From an uncultured Candidatus Saccharibacteria bacterium (GTDB lineage Bacteria; Patescibacteriota; Doudnabacteria; UBA920): a stretch of 64,000 nucleotides of DNA. The first letter of the stretch is position 1. Each line of letters starts with the position of its first letter. This document shows positions 56,508-64,000 of the stretch, piece by piece. A program made the translations under genes and the position numbers. The stretch spans positions 211,815 to 275,814 of the forward strand of contig CAZBAS010000001.1 of assembly GCA_964490395.1 (NCBI GenBank), read 5' to 3'. The notes below the pieces were generated by a model, which did not search any database, was not told the origin of the DNA, and saw only the letters and a list, made by a program, of their open reading frames with translations.

Positions 56508-57815
56508 GTGCAATCACTACTCATTACCATGGAGAAAAAAATAGCTACTACCCCTGCCGTTAAAAAAGCCGCGAGCCTTCCTGGCAATTTTGATATCGTG
56601 ACGAGTCAGGACGTGGTATGGCAATCGTTATTGTCTGCCTTTGATAGGTATACACATCAGTACGGGTTTACTCGAGTAGAATTACCTATTATTGAAGACC
56701 CGTCACTATACGCTCTTGTACACGGGACTGCATCTGAACGGGTGACTCAGCTGGTAGTTACAGAAGCCGCGGGAAGAAACATTGCGCTTCGTTCCAGCCT
56801 CTTGCCGTCGTTGCTCAGAGTTTTGGCTCAAACGAAACAGGGAGAACCCCAGCTAACAAAATGGGGCTATAGTGGTTCGTGCACCTGGGCCGCTCCTAAA
56901 CAGTTAGAGACAGATTATGAGTTTGGCCTGGAAGTCTGGGGGACGTTTAATCATCTCACTGAAGCCCAGGTCTTGGGGGCTGCGTGGCAACTGTTTGCCG
57001 CGCTTGGCTTAACCGATGTGGTGTTCGAGGTTAATACCTGCGGCAATAGCATAAGCCAGGAAAGCTACCAGTCAGTACTCCGCGACTTTTTAAAGAGCAA
57101 ACGGTACGAACTCTGTGACGCGTGTGCCGATAAAATTGCTGACCGGCCTTTGGAGGTATTGAGGTGTGGTAAATTGGACTGTCAGTCGGTTTTGTCAGAT
57201 GCTCCTACCATACTGGACCATTTAGATGAGGCGTCTAGAAAGGCGTTTACTAACCTCCTCGAGGCCCTTGAGGAGCTTCAAATTCCGTATCAGCTCAATC
57301 CTTTATTGGCTGGAGCGGAAGGTGCGGTGGGGACCGTTGCTTGTTTGAAACTGAAAATAGATAATCATGCGCATGTGGTTGCTGAAGCTGAAGGGCATAC
57401 GGGCCTGCTTCAACGATTGGGCGGTAAAAATATTCACGCGTTTGGACTGCATGGAAGTTTAAGACTGCTTCACCGCGCTCTCGTTGAGCGGCAATCTGCA
57501 CCCGCGCCAGCACCGGTACGAAGACCTGCTGAAGTATATTTAGTACCTCTTGGTGAGCTTGCAGCAAAAAGAAGCCTCCGATTGTTCCGAGATTTAGTAG
57601 AAGCAGGAGTCACGGTGTTCGATTATTTTGGATATGCTGGAGTGAAGAACCAACTTAAAGCTGCTCAGGAGGCGAGCAGTCCTATAGCGCTTATTCTTGG
57701 ACAAAAGGAAGCAGTGGATGAAGTGGTTATATTGCGCGATGTAAAGAGCGGCATGCAAGAGGTGTTTAGTTATGATAAAATTGTAGATGAAGTAAAGAAG
57801 CGCCTTGGGCACTAA
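56508..57815 (+). CDS. hisS: histidyl-tRNA synthetase-like class II aaRS (divergent HisS, possibly HisZ-like)
   Basis: Class II core with HisRS-type C-terminal anticodon-binding domain (VYLVPLGELAAKRSLRLFRDL...ALILGQKEAVDEVVILRD); motifs divergent. Confidence 0.65.
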   Translation: MQSLLITMEKKIATTPAVKKAASLPGNFDIVTSQDVVWQSLLSAFDRYTHQYGFTRVELPIIEDPSLYALVHGTASERVTQLVVTEAAGRNIALRSSLLPSLLRVLAQTKQGEPQLTKWGYSGSCTWAAPKQLETDYEFGLEVWGTFNHLTEAQVLGAAWQLFAALGLTDVVFEVNTCGNSISQESYQSVLRDFLKSKRYELCDACADKIADRPLEVLRCGKLDCQSVLSDAPTILDHLDEASRKAFTNLLEALEELQIPYQLNPLLAGAEGAVGTVACLKLKIDNHAHVVAEAEGHTGLLQRLGGKNIHAFGLHGSLRLLHRALVERQSAPAPAPVRRPAEVYLVPLGELAAKRSLRLFRDLVEAGVTVFDYFGYAGVKNQLKAAQEASSPIALILGQKEAVDEVVILRDVKSGMQEVFSYDKIVDEVKKRLGH

Positions 57816-57816
57816 T

Positions 57817-57893
57817 TAGTTGAAAGTTTATAAAGTTCGTAAAGTTTATAAAGTCGGACTTTAAGAACTTTCTACTTTATGAACTTTACGAAC
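57817..57893. repeat. AGTTTATAAAG palindromic intergenic module, copy 2 (ends 4 nt before HIT start)
   Basis: agttgaaagtttataaagttcgtaaagtttataaagtcggactttaagaactttctactttatgaactttacgaacc. Confidence 0.7.
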
Positions 57894-57897
57894 CCCT

Positions 57898-58239
57898 ATG
57901 GAAACAGACGATTGCGTATTTTGTAACATAGCTCAGCACAAAGTTCCTGCTAAAATTTTCTACGAGGACAAGGATCTGTTGGTTATCCAAGATATCCTCC
58001 CCAAGGCACCTGTGCACGTGCTCGTTATTAGCCAAGAGCATATCCCTTCCGTAAATGACATGACGGACGCTCATCAAAGCTTGCTTGGTAAAATGATCCT
58101 AACCGGAAAGCGTGTTGCAGATGAAAGGGGTGCTGGCCAAACAGGGTATAGGCTCTCTTTCAATGTGGGGAGAGAAGGCGGGCAAATAGTTCCCCATGTG
58201 CATTTGCATGTTATGGGTGGGAAACAGTTGCCGGAATAG
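57898..58239 (+). CDS. HIT-family (histidine triad) nucleotide hydrolase
   Basis: HVHLHVMGG histidine triad. Confidence 0.85.
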   Translation: METDDCVFCNIAQHKVPAKIFYEDKDLLVIQDILPKAPVHVLVISQEHIPSVNDMTDAHQSLLGKMILTGKRVADERGAGQTGYRLSFNVGREGGQIVPHVHLHVMGGKQLPE

Positions 58240-58258
58240 TTTTGCAAATAACAAGTGT

Positions 58259-58348
58259 TAAAAAAGTGAACAAATGACAAAAATCCAATGCTTTAACGCA
58301 TTGCACTTTTGTCATTTTTGTTCGTTTTTGATCATTTTTGTCATTTTA
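58259..58348. repeat. TGACAAAA imperfect palindromic element, copy 2 (upstream of rpsU)
   Basis: aaaaaagtgaacaaatgacaaaaatcc ... cacttttgtcatttttgttcgtttttgatcatttttgtcatttt; matches reverse complement of 11553-11656. Confidence 0.65.
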
Positions 58349-58518
58349 CCCAATGTCATGCTGAAATTATGGCTGGGCTTTGCCACTTTATTGACCAGTT
58401 TCGGCCAATTGTGGTACAGTTTATAAAGGCCGGTAACAATTATGTGCCTAAATATAGTGCTTTTCGGATTGTACTTCCAATTGTTACTATAACTCCGGTC
58501 AATATTTTAGAGAGAGAG

Positions 58519-58761
58519 GTGAGTACTTTGGTAGAAGTTAAACGTAAAGATAACGAAACATTTGAAAGTTTGCTCAGGCGTTTCAACCGTAAAATTCAAC
58601 AAAGCGGTATTTTAGTGCGTGCTCGAAAAACTCGTTTTTTTGAACCAGGTAAGAGCCGCAATTTATTGCGCGTCGCAGCACGACGCCGCTCTGAACTTCG
58701 CGAACTCCGTGAAGAACTAAAGAAAATGGGTAAGCCCGTAAAACGTCCGGGTAGACGCTAA
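58519..58761 (+). CDS. rpsU: 30S ribosomal protein S21
   Basis: VEVKRKDNETFESLLRRFNRKIQQSGILVRARKTRFFEPGKS...RRRSELR; GTG start at 58519 after AGAGAGAG; the long upstream ORF extension is non-coding. Confidence 0.75.
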   Translation: MSTLVEVKRKDNETFESLLRRFNRKIQQSGILVRARKTRFFEPGKSRNLLRVAARRRSELRELREELKKMGKPVKRPGRR

Positions 58762-58766
58762 ACTCT

Positions 58767-58845
58767 TAGTTGAAAGTTTATAAGGTTCATAAAGTTTACA
58801 AAGTCTGACTTTAAGAACTTTTTACTTTATGAACTTTATAAGCTT
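58767..58845. repeat. AGTTTATAAAG palindromic intergenic module, copy 3 (ends 6 nt before GatB/YqeY start)
   Basis: agttgaaagtttataaggttcataaagtttacaaagtctgactttaagaactttttactttatgaactttataagc; ~85% identical to copy 2. Confidence 0.7.
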
Positions 58846-58851
58846 ATATAC

Positions 58852-59289
58852 ATGACTTTAACTGAATTAGAACAAGCCTCTATTGTTGCTATGAAGGCGC
58901 GCGACAGCGTCACTTCTCGAACGTTGCGCATGCTTTTGGCTCGGCTAAAAAATGAACGCATATCTGCGGGCCACGAACTTGAAACCGGAGAAATAGAGCA
59001 CATTATACAGTCCGAATATAAACGCCGAAAAGAAGCAGCGGCGGAATTTGAAAAAGGCAATCGCCAAGAACTTGCTCAAACAGAACTAGAAGAGGCCGAT
59101 GTCCTTGCTCGCTTCTTGCCAGCTCAGGTGAGTGCAGCAGATATTGCTACAGTGGTAGATGAACTTGTAAGCACGCACGGATGGACTTCGAAAGACTTCG
59201 GAGTAGCAATGAAGTCTTTAAAAGATCGTTTTGGAGCTTCTGCAGACGGAAGTGTTCTTGCTCAAGTACTTAAAGAAAAACTAAATTAG
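58852..59289 (+). CDS. GatB/YqeY domain protein
   Basis: MTLTELEQASIVAMKARDSVTSRTLRMLLARLKNE ... characteristic YqeY helices. Confidence 0.8.
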   Translation: MTLTELEQASIVAMKARDSVTSRTLRMLLARLKNERISAGHELETGEIEHIIQSEYKRRKEAAAEFEKGNRQELAQTELEEADVLARFLPAQVSAADIATVVDELVSTHGWTSKDFGVAMKSLKDRFGASADGSVLAQVLKEKLN

Positions 59290-59365
59290 TTTATAAAGTC
59301 CATCTAGTTATAAAGTGTATAAAGTCGTGTAACTTTAAAAACTTTATGAACCTTATAAACTTTTA
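59290..59365. repeat. AGTTTATAAAG palindromic intergenic module, copy 4 (ends 7 nt before ftsA start)
   Basis: agtttataaagtccatctagttataaagtgtataaagtcgtgtaactttaaaaactttatgaaccttataaactt. Confidence 0.6.
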
Positions 59366-59372
59366 ACTTATC

Positions 59373-60617
59373 ATGGCTAAAGACCGTTACATTGCTGGAA
59401 TTGATATTGGCACTCACGCCGTTCGTGTGGTTCAGGTGAAGCTTGATCCAGAGGGCGGGGAACCGGCAGTAATTGGTGCGGTGTCCGTACCTTCAGCGGG
59501 GCTCCGTCGTGGAGTCATAGTAGACCTAGACGAGGCTGTCTCGTCTATTTCAACGGTTTTAGAAAAAGTTGAACGCATGACCGCGGTCCCCGTGGATTCT
59601 TGTTTGGTTGCAGTTGGGGGGAGTCATATTGCATCCCTTACGTCAAAGGGAGTAATTGCCGTGTCCAAAGCAGATGGAGAAGTAAGCGAAGCAGACATAG
59701 TCAGGGTTATTGATGCGGCTCAGGCCGTGTCTATACCGCCAAATAGAGAAGTGATACATGTTATTCCTAAGGCCTTTGTCCTGGATGGGCAAGAAGGCAT
59801 AAAGGATCCTCTCGGTATGACAGGTGTGCGCCTTGAGGTAGATACGACCATTGTGCACGGATCCAGTCCGCTCATAAAAAATCTGCATCGTGTGGCGAGC
59901 CAAGCAGGACTTGCAGTGGAGGAACTTGTGGTGGCGCCTTTGGCATCTGCTCAGGCGGTCTTGAGTCGTAAGCAAAAAGAGCTTGGCGTGGTAGTGGTAG
60001 ACATTGGCGCGGGTACAACGAGCGTTGCAGTATACGAAGAGAATACCCTGCTGCATACGGCAATATTGCCCATTGGCGGGCTGCATATAACCAATGATTT
60101 GGCTATAGGACTACGGACAAGCATAGAAACAGCTGAGCGTGTAAAAATTCTCTATGGGCATGCAAACAAAGATGCCGTAGACGCGCACCAGCAAATTGAT
60201 TTAGGAAAAATAGACGAGTCAGAAACCGAACAGATAGCGAGAATGGACATTGTGGACATAATTGAAGCTCGTCTGGCTGAAATATTTGAATACGTAAGCA
60301 AAGAGTTAAAAGCAATAAACAGAGATGGGAAGCTTCCGGCAGGTGTAGTGCTTGTGGGTGGCACCAGTAATCTGCCAGGCATAGTTGAGTACGCCAAGGT
60401 CGCGTTACGACTTCCTGCGAGTTTGGGGAGTTTGCAAGGCCTTAAAACTATTATTGATAAAGTGGAAGACCCTTCATTTGCTGCGGTCTGCGGTCTTATC
60501 ATGTGGTCGCGGGCCTATGCAACAGGTGGCGCGGGCGGAAGTGGTGGAGCAAACAAGCTAATGGAGCACGCAAATGTGCTTAAACTGAAGCGGTGGTTTA
60601 AATCGTTTTTGCCCTAG
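59373..60617 (+). CDS. ftsA: cell division protein FtsA (actin-like ATPase)
   Basis: IAGIDIGTHAVRVV phosphate-1, VVDIGAGTTSVAVY phosphate-2, LVGGTSNLPGI adenosine motif. Confidence 0.9.
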   Translation: MAKDRYIAGIDIGTHAVRVVQVKLDPEGGEPAVIGAVSVPSAGLRRGVIVDLDEAVSSISTVLEKVERMTAVPVDSCLVAVGGSHIASLTSKGVIAVSKADGEVSEADIVRVIDAAQAVSIPPNREVIHVIPKAFVLDGQEGIKDPLGMTGVRLEVDTTIVHGSSPLIKNLHRVASQAGLAVEELVVAPLASAQAVLSRKQKELGVVVVDIGAGTTSVAVYEENTLLHTAILPIGGLHITNDLAIGLRTSIETAERVKILYGHANKDAVDAHQQIDLGKIDESETEQIARMDIVDIIEARLAEIFEYVSKELKAINRDGKLPAGVVLVGGTSNLPGIVEYAKVALRLPASLGSLQGLKTIIDKVEDPSFAAVCGLIMWSRAYATGGAGGSGGANKLMEHANVLKLKRWFKSFLP

Positions 60618-60756
60618 TTTTGTAGGGCGATTCAACGAATATACGAAGCAATGGTTGTATTATTGGTATAATTTGTTATGATTTGTATATTCGCATACAT
60701 TCGCCAGCCTGTGCCGACGAACCGCGAGCCTGTACAGGTTATTATGATCGCGTTAC

Positions 60757-61923
60757 ATGAAGAAAACAATGGAAGTTAAGCCAAAAATTGAAACCTTTGC
60801 ACGAATTAAAGTACTGGGTGTTGGTGGTGGTGGTGGAAACGCCGTAAATCGAATGACCGAACTTGGCATTCGGGGTGTTGAATTTATCTCAATCAATACT
60901 GACGCGCAAGCACTTCACAACAATGCCGCGGATAAAAAAGTCCATATTGGTAAAAGCATTACCAAGGGTCTTGGCAGTGGCATGAACCCAGAGGTTGGTC
61001 GCCAGGCAGCAGAGGAATCTCAGGAAGAAATTGAAGAAGTGATTGCCAATGCCGACATGGTCTTCATTACCTGTGGTCTGGGAGGCGGAACAGGCAGTGG
61101 TGCTGCTCCTATAGTCGCAGAGTTGGCCAAGAGCAGGGGTATATTGACCGTGGCGGTGGTTACGAAGCCATTTACCTTTGAAGGCTTGAAACGAAAAGAA
61201 GTTGCTGAAATGGCTTATGCTAATTTGAAGGATAAAGTAGATGCCATCATCTCTATTCATAACGACCGCATACTGCAAATTATAGATAAAAAGACATCGC
61301 TTATAGACTCCTTCCGCACTGTTGATGATATTTTGCGCCAAGGTATTGCTGGTATTTCCGACCTCATAACCAGCCATGGTGTGGTAAACGCAGACTTTGC
61401 AGATGTGCGGAGTATTATGCAAGACGCGGGGACTGCGCTTATGGGTATAGGTCGTGCCAGTGGCGAAAACCGCGCTCAAGACGCTGCTCGCATGGCCGTA
61501 AACTCCCCATTGCTTGAACTGTCTATCGATGGAGCTAAGGGAGTGCTGTTTAACATTACCGGTGGTCCGTCTTTGGGTATGTTTGAGATAGATGAAGCAG
61601 CCAAGACCATTACGAAGAGCATAGATCCTGAGGCGCGGGTTAAATTTGGTGCGGTTATTGACGAAGAAATGGGCGATGAAATCCGCATTACGGTTATTGC
61701 AACGGGTTTTGACGAACATGCTCGCAGGCCAGAGCCAGTGTCTGTCCCTGCTGCAGTAGAGGAGCGACGTGCATACGTGCCCCCAGCTCCAGCACCAGTA
61801 GTGGAACAGCGCCCTGAGGTGCGCCGCCCCCAATTTACCCCCATTAGCGAAGCTCCTGCGGTAAATAGCGATACTGACGATGAAATAGATATTCCTGCAT
61901 TTATACGACGGAAAATGAAATAG
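60757..61923 (+). CDS. ftsZ: cell division GTPase FtsZ
   Basis: GVGGGGGNAVNRM, tubulin signature GGGTGSGAAP, T7 loop NxDFAD, Pro-rich C-terminal linker and conserved tail. Confidence 0.95.
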   Translation: MKKTMEVKPKIETFARIKVLGVGGGGGNAVNRMTELGIRGVEFISINTDAQALHNNAADKKVHIGKSITKGLGSGMNPEVGRQAAEESQEEIEEVIANADMVFITCGLGGGTGSGAAPIVAELAKSRGILTVAVVTKPFTFEGLKRKEVAEMAYANLKDKVDAIISIHNDRILQIIDKKTSLIDSFRTVDDILRQGIAGISDLITSHGVVNADFADVRSIMQDAGTALMGIGRASGENRAQDAARMAVNSPLLELSIDGAKGVLFNITGGPSLGMFEIDEAAKTITKSIDPEARVKFGAVIDEEMGDEIRITVIATGFDEHARRPEPVSVPAAVEERRAYVPPAPAPVVEQRPEVRRPQFTPISEAPAVNSDTDDEIDIPAFIRRKMK

Positions 61924-61956
61924 TATTCTCGGACCATTTTTCACTTTTGTATACAT

Positions 61957-61986
61957 AACCTACCAACCCTGGTAGGTTTTTATTTT
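61957..61986 (+). terminator. intrinsic terminator after ftsZ
   Basis: aacctaccaaccctggtaggtttttatttt. Confidence 0.6.
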
Positions 61987-62103
61987 GGCATTGTGGATAA
62001 CGGAATCAGCTCCGCACATACACGCCAATTTTTTTTGCGCACTGGGTGAGTAGAGTACGCTATACTAAATTTACTAGATGTAGTGGTTAGGAACATCATT
62101 GAA

Positions 62104-62119
62104 ACACAATATATAGTGT
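62104..62119. promoter_or_regulatory. NrdR-box-like palindrome
   Basis: acacaatatatagtgt versus consensus acaCwAtATaTwGtgt; ~100 nt upstream of nrdR. Confidence 0.45.
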
Positions 62120-62222
62120 ATTAAGGCATCCGAGCGGCAAGATAAAAGCGTAAAGTTTGTAAAATAAAGCCAATGTGCACATCCCGCGTTAGGCGGGATG
62201 CTTGTACTCAGAAACAAACCCT

Positions 62223-62669
62223 ATGAAATGCCCGAAATGCTTAAAAGACGAGACCAAAGTAGTTGACTCGAGGCCGGTTGAGGAAGAAGACGCTATCCGC
62301 CGCAGGCGAGAATGCGAAGCATGCGGTTTCCGCTTCTCTACGTATGAGCAGATTGAAATTCTGGACTTAACCATACTAAAACGAGATGGTCGAAGAGAGT
62401 TGTATACTCGAGAGAAAGTAGAGCGGGGGGTGCGCCAAGCGTTTTGGAAGCTTCCTCATACCGACGAAACCTTACGCAAGATAATATCGGGTATAGAGCA
62501 AGATATTCAAAAAAAATCTGTTAACTCGGAAATTAGTAGTGGTGATGTGGGTGATATTGTTATGAAGCGGCTGAAGCGGGTGAGCAAGGCAGCCTATATC
62601 CGCTTTGCGGCAGTGTATAGAGTGTTTGAGGATATAGAAGATTTTAAGGCAGAAATAAATAAGCTGTAA
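62223..62669 (+). CDS. nrdR: transcriptional repressor NrdR (zinc ribbon + ATP-cone)
   Basis: MKCPKCLKDETKVVDSRPV...RRRECEACGFRFSTYE; ORF opens at 62202 but MKCPKC is the canonical start. Confidence 0.88.
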   Translation: MKCPKCLKDETKVVDSRPVEEEDAIRRRRECEACGFRFSTYEQIEILDLTILKRDGRRELYTREKVERGVRQAFWKLPHTDETLRKIISGIEQDIQKKSVNSEISSGDVGDIVMKRLKRVSKAAYIRFAAVYRVFEDIEDFKAEINKL

Positions 62670-62735
62670 CACTTCTGTACCGCAGAATATGTTTACTAGT
62701 TTTCATTAATAATGTATTTACTTAGTAATTAATTA

Positions 62736-62826
62736 CCAATTCCTAATGCCTAATTTCTAATGAAATGCCCAAACGTGGCCCTATTGGACCTTTCATTAGA
62801 AATTAGTAATTGGATATTGGAAATTC
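62736..62826. repeat. AT-rich inverted-repeat element in the 5' region of the RNR gene
   Basis: ccaattcctaatgcctaatttctaatgaaatg ... ctttcattagaaattagtaattggatattggaaattcc. Confidence 0.55.
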
Positions 62827-62833
62827 CTTTTTT

Positions 62834-64000
62834 ATGTACACAGCATTAACTCAAGTAAAAAAACGCAGTGGTGATATAGTCGCATTTGATCCCCAGAAAA
62901 TAATGCAAGCTGTACGCGCTGCGTATTTGCAAGTATACGGCGGTCCAAACGATGTCCTCGTTCAGTCTGTTGTTGAAAAAGTGATCCAAGGGTTGGACGC
63001 TACTTTTAGCGGACGTATGCCCGGGGTGGAGGATGTGCAGAATGCTGTGGAGCGCGAGCTTATGGCGGCAGAGCAATTTGATGTTGCTAAGGCGTACATA
63101 ATTTACCGATACGAGCATACAAAAAAACGCGAAGAGCAAAAAGCAGAAGTACTTAAAAAAATTGAAAAGCAAGGATTGACCATTGTGAAGCGCTCCGGTC
63201 AGAAAGAGGCATTTTCTGCAGAAAAATTGGCGAGTAGTCTTAAGCTGCTCTTGGGCGAGCTAGCTGTAGATATAGACGTTGCCATGGTTGTGGCCCAGGT
63301 CCAACTAGAAGTGCATGAAGACATGTCTACGAGCGATATAGAGCGCGCTATCATTATGGTGCTTCGTTCGTTTATAGAACGTGATCCTGCTTACTCATAT
63401 GGCGCGGCGCGGGCTTTGTTAATGCGTCTGTACAAAGGCATTCTTGGCAAAGAGCAGGTGAAGTATGATCAGCTTGCTGAGCAGCTGCAGAGCGTATTCC
63501 CTAAGTCTATTCAGCGAGGTGTCTCTTTGGGTCGCTTGGACTCCCGCTTGCTTACGTTTGATTTGAACCGTCTTGCAGGGGAGCTCGTGGTTGAAAACGA
63601 CCATTTATTCCATTATCTTGCAGCACAGACACTCGCGGATAGATATTTGGTAAAAGATATTCAGTCGAAAGATATTCTAGAAACGCCACAGTTTTTCTGG
63701 ATGCGGGTTGCCATGGGTGTAGCGTTAAAAGAGGACAAAAAAGAAGAGCGAGCAATTGAGTTTTATCGCATGATGTCCACACTGCGGTATGTGCCTTCGA
63801 GCCCAACCCTGTTTAATTCGGGCATGATACACTCTCAGCTTTCTTCGTGCTTCCTCAACACTGTTCCCGATGACCTCCATCTTATATTTAAATCGTATAG
63901 TGATAATGCGCAGCTTCTGAAGTACACCGGAGGCTGTGGTACGGATTGGACCCCTGTTCGCGGCACCGGTGCGGTCATTAAGACTACTGCTGTTGAAAGC
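62834..64000 (+). CDS. ribonucleotide reductase large (catalytic) subunit with two N-terminal ATP-cone domains; 3' end outside window
   Basis: VKKRSGDIVAFDPQKI and VKRSGQKEAFSAEKL ATP-cones; RYVPSSPTLFNSG catalytic-domain signature; class (Ia vs II) not determinable from the partial sequence. Confidence 0.85.
   Translation, partial: MYTALTQVKKRSGDIVAFDPQKIMQAVRAAYLQVYGGPNDVLVQSVVEKVIQGLDATFSGRMPGVEDVQNAVERELMAAEQFDVAKAYIIYRYEHTKKREEQKAEVLKKIEKQGLTIVKRSGQKEAFSAEKLASSLKLLLGELAVDIDVAMVVAQVQLEVHEDMSTSDIERAIIMVLRSFIERDPAYSYGAARALLMRLYKGILGKEQVKYDQLAEQLQSVFPKSIQRGVSLGRLDSRLLTFDLNRLAGELVVENDHLFHYLAAQTLADRYLVKDIQSKDILETPQFFWMRVAMGVALKEDKKEERAIEFYRMMSTLRYVPSSPTLFNSGMIHSQLSSCFLNTVPDDLHLIFKSYSDNAQLLKYTGGCGTDWTPVRGTGAVIKTTAVES

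Noticed and set aside
58309-58518. Upstream 70-codon extension of the S21 ORF
   Set aside because: The extension lies in the TGACAAAA repeat element and has no S21 homology. The conserved S21 sequence begins at the GTG at 58519, which is preceded by AGAGAGAG.

Overview
This 64 kb window is a compact, gene-dense bacterial chromosome segment of about 45% GC. The gene set is typical of a small Patescibacteria/CPR-like or Gram-positive-like genome, but I cannot fix the taxonomy from sequence alone. I recognise ychF, a phosphomannomutase/phosphoglucomutase, trpS, two tandem RNase J paralogs, an OppA-like substrate-binding protein and secG. Further along are uvrC, uvrA, a CIRCE-hrcA-grpE-dnaK-DUF3467-dnaJ heat-shock locus, an IscS-like cysteine desulfurase, topA, a CapA-family protein and dprA. 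The right end carries pth, der, an LCP-family protein, lepB, a divergent hisS, a HIT protein, rpsU, a GatB/YqeY protein, ftsA, ftsZ, nrdR and a ribonucleotide reductase that runs off the window. RNA genes are tRNA-Leu(CAG), tRNA-Lys(UUU) and tRNA-Val(CAC). There are two type IV pilin-like genes and several small zinc-ribbon or membrane ORFs.

The most unusual feature is repeat content. At least five families of short palindromic repeats are present.
(1) A GC-rich double hairpin 'GGCGGGTCCGCCTTGGGCGG' with AT-rich arms occurs three times, once in frame inside ychF.
(2) A 'CTCTCCCCAGGCCTGGGGAGAGG' hairpin flanks a DUF559 endonuclease gene on both sides and also sits in frame inside the CapA-like gene.
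(3) Two in-frame palindromic insertions of about 110 bp sit inside uvrC.
(4) An imperfect palindrome of about 100 bp built on a 'TGACAAAA' motif lies upstream of both an RNase J gene and rpsU, in the same orientation relative to each gene.
(5) A 75 bp 'AGTTTATAAAG' palindromic module lies immediately upstream of four start codons.
Many AT-rich 'GAATTATGAATTAAGAAT/CATTAGAAATTAGACATT' inverted-repeat units are also present.

The in-frame copies recall Rickettsia palindromic elements. Other candidates are a four-helix-bundle gene bracketed by a perfect 18 bp inverted repeat, and a roughly 186 nt promoter-to-terminator unit that may be a 6S-like ncRNA. I also flag a structured element upstream of a TrpR/YerC-like gene, a possible trpS attenuator leader, and a TrmB-methyltransferase / EamA / CPBP-protease / TrmB-peptide-methyltransferase cluster. 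All calls are from reading the sequence and ORF translations; no database searches were run.
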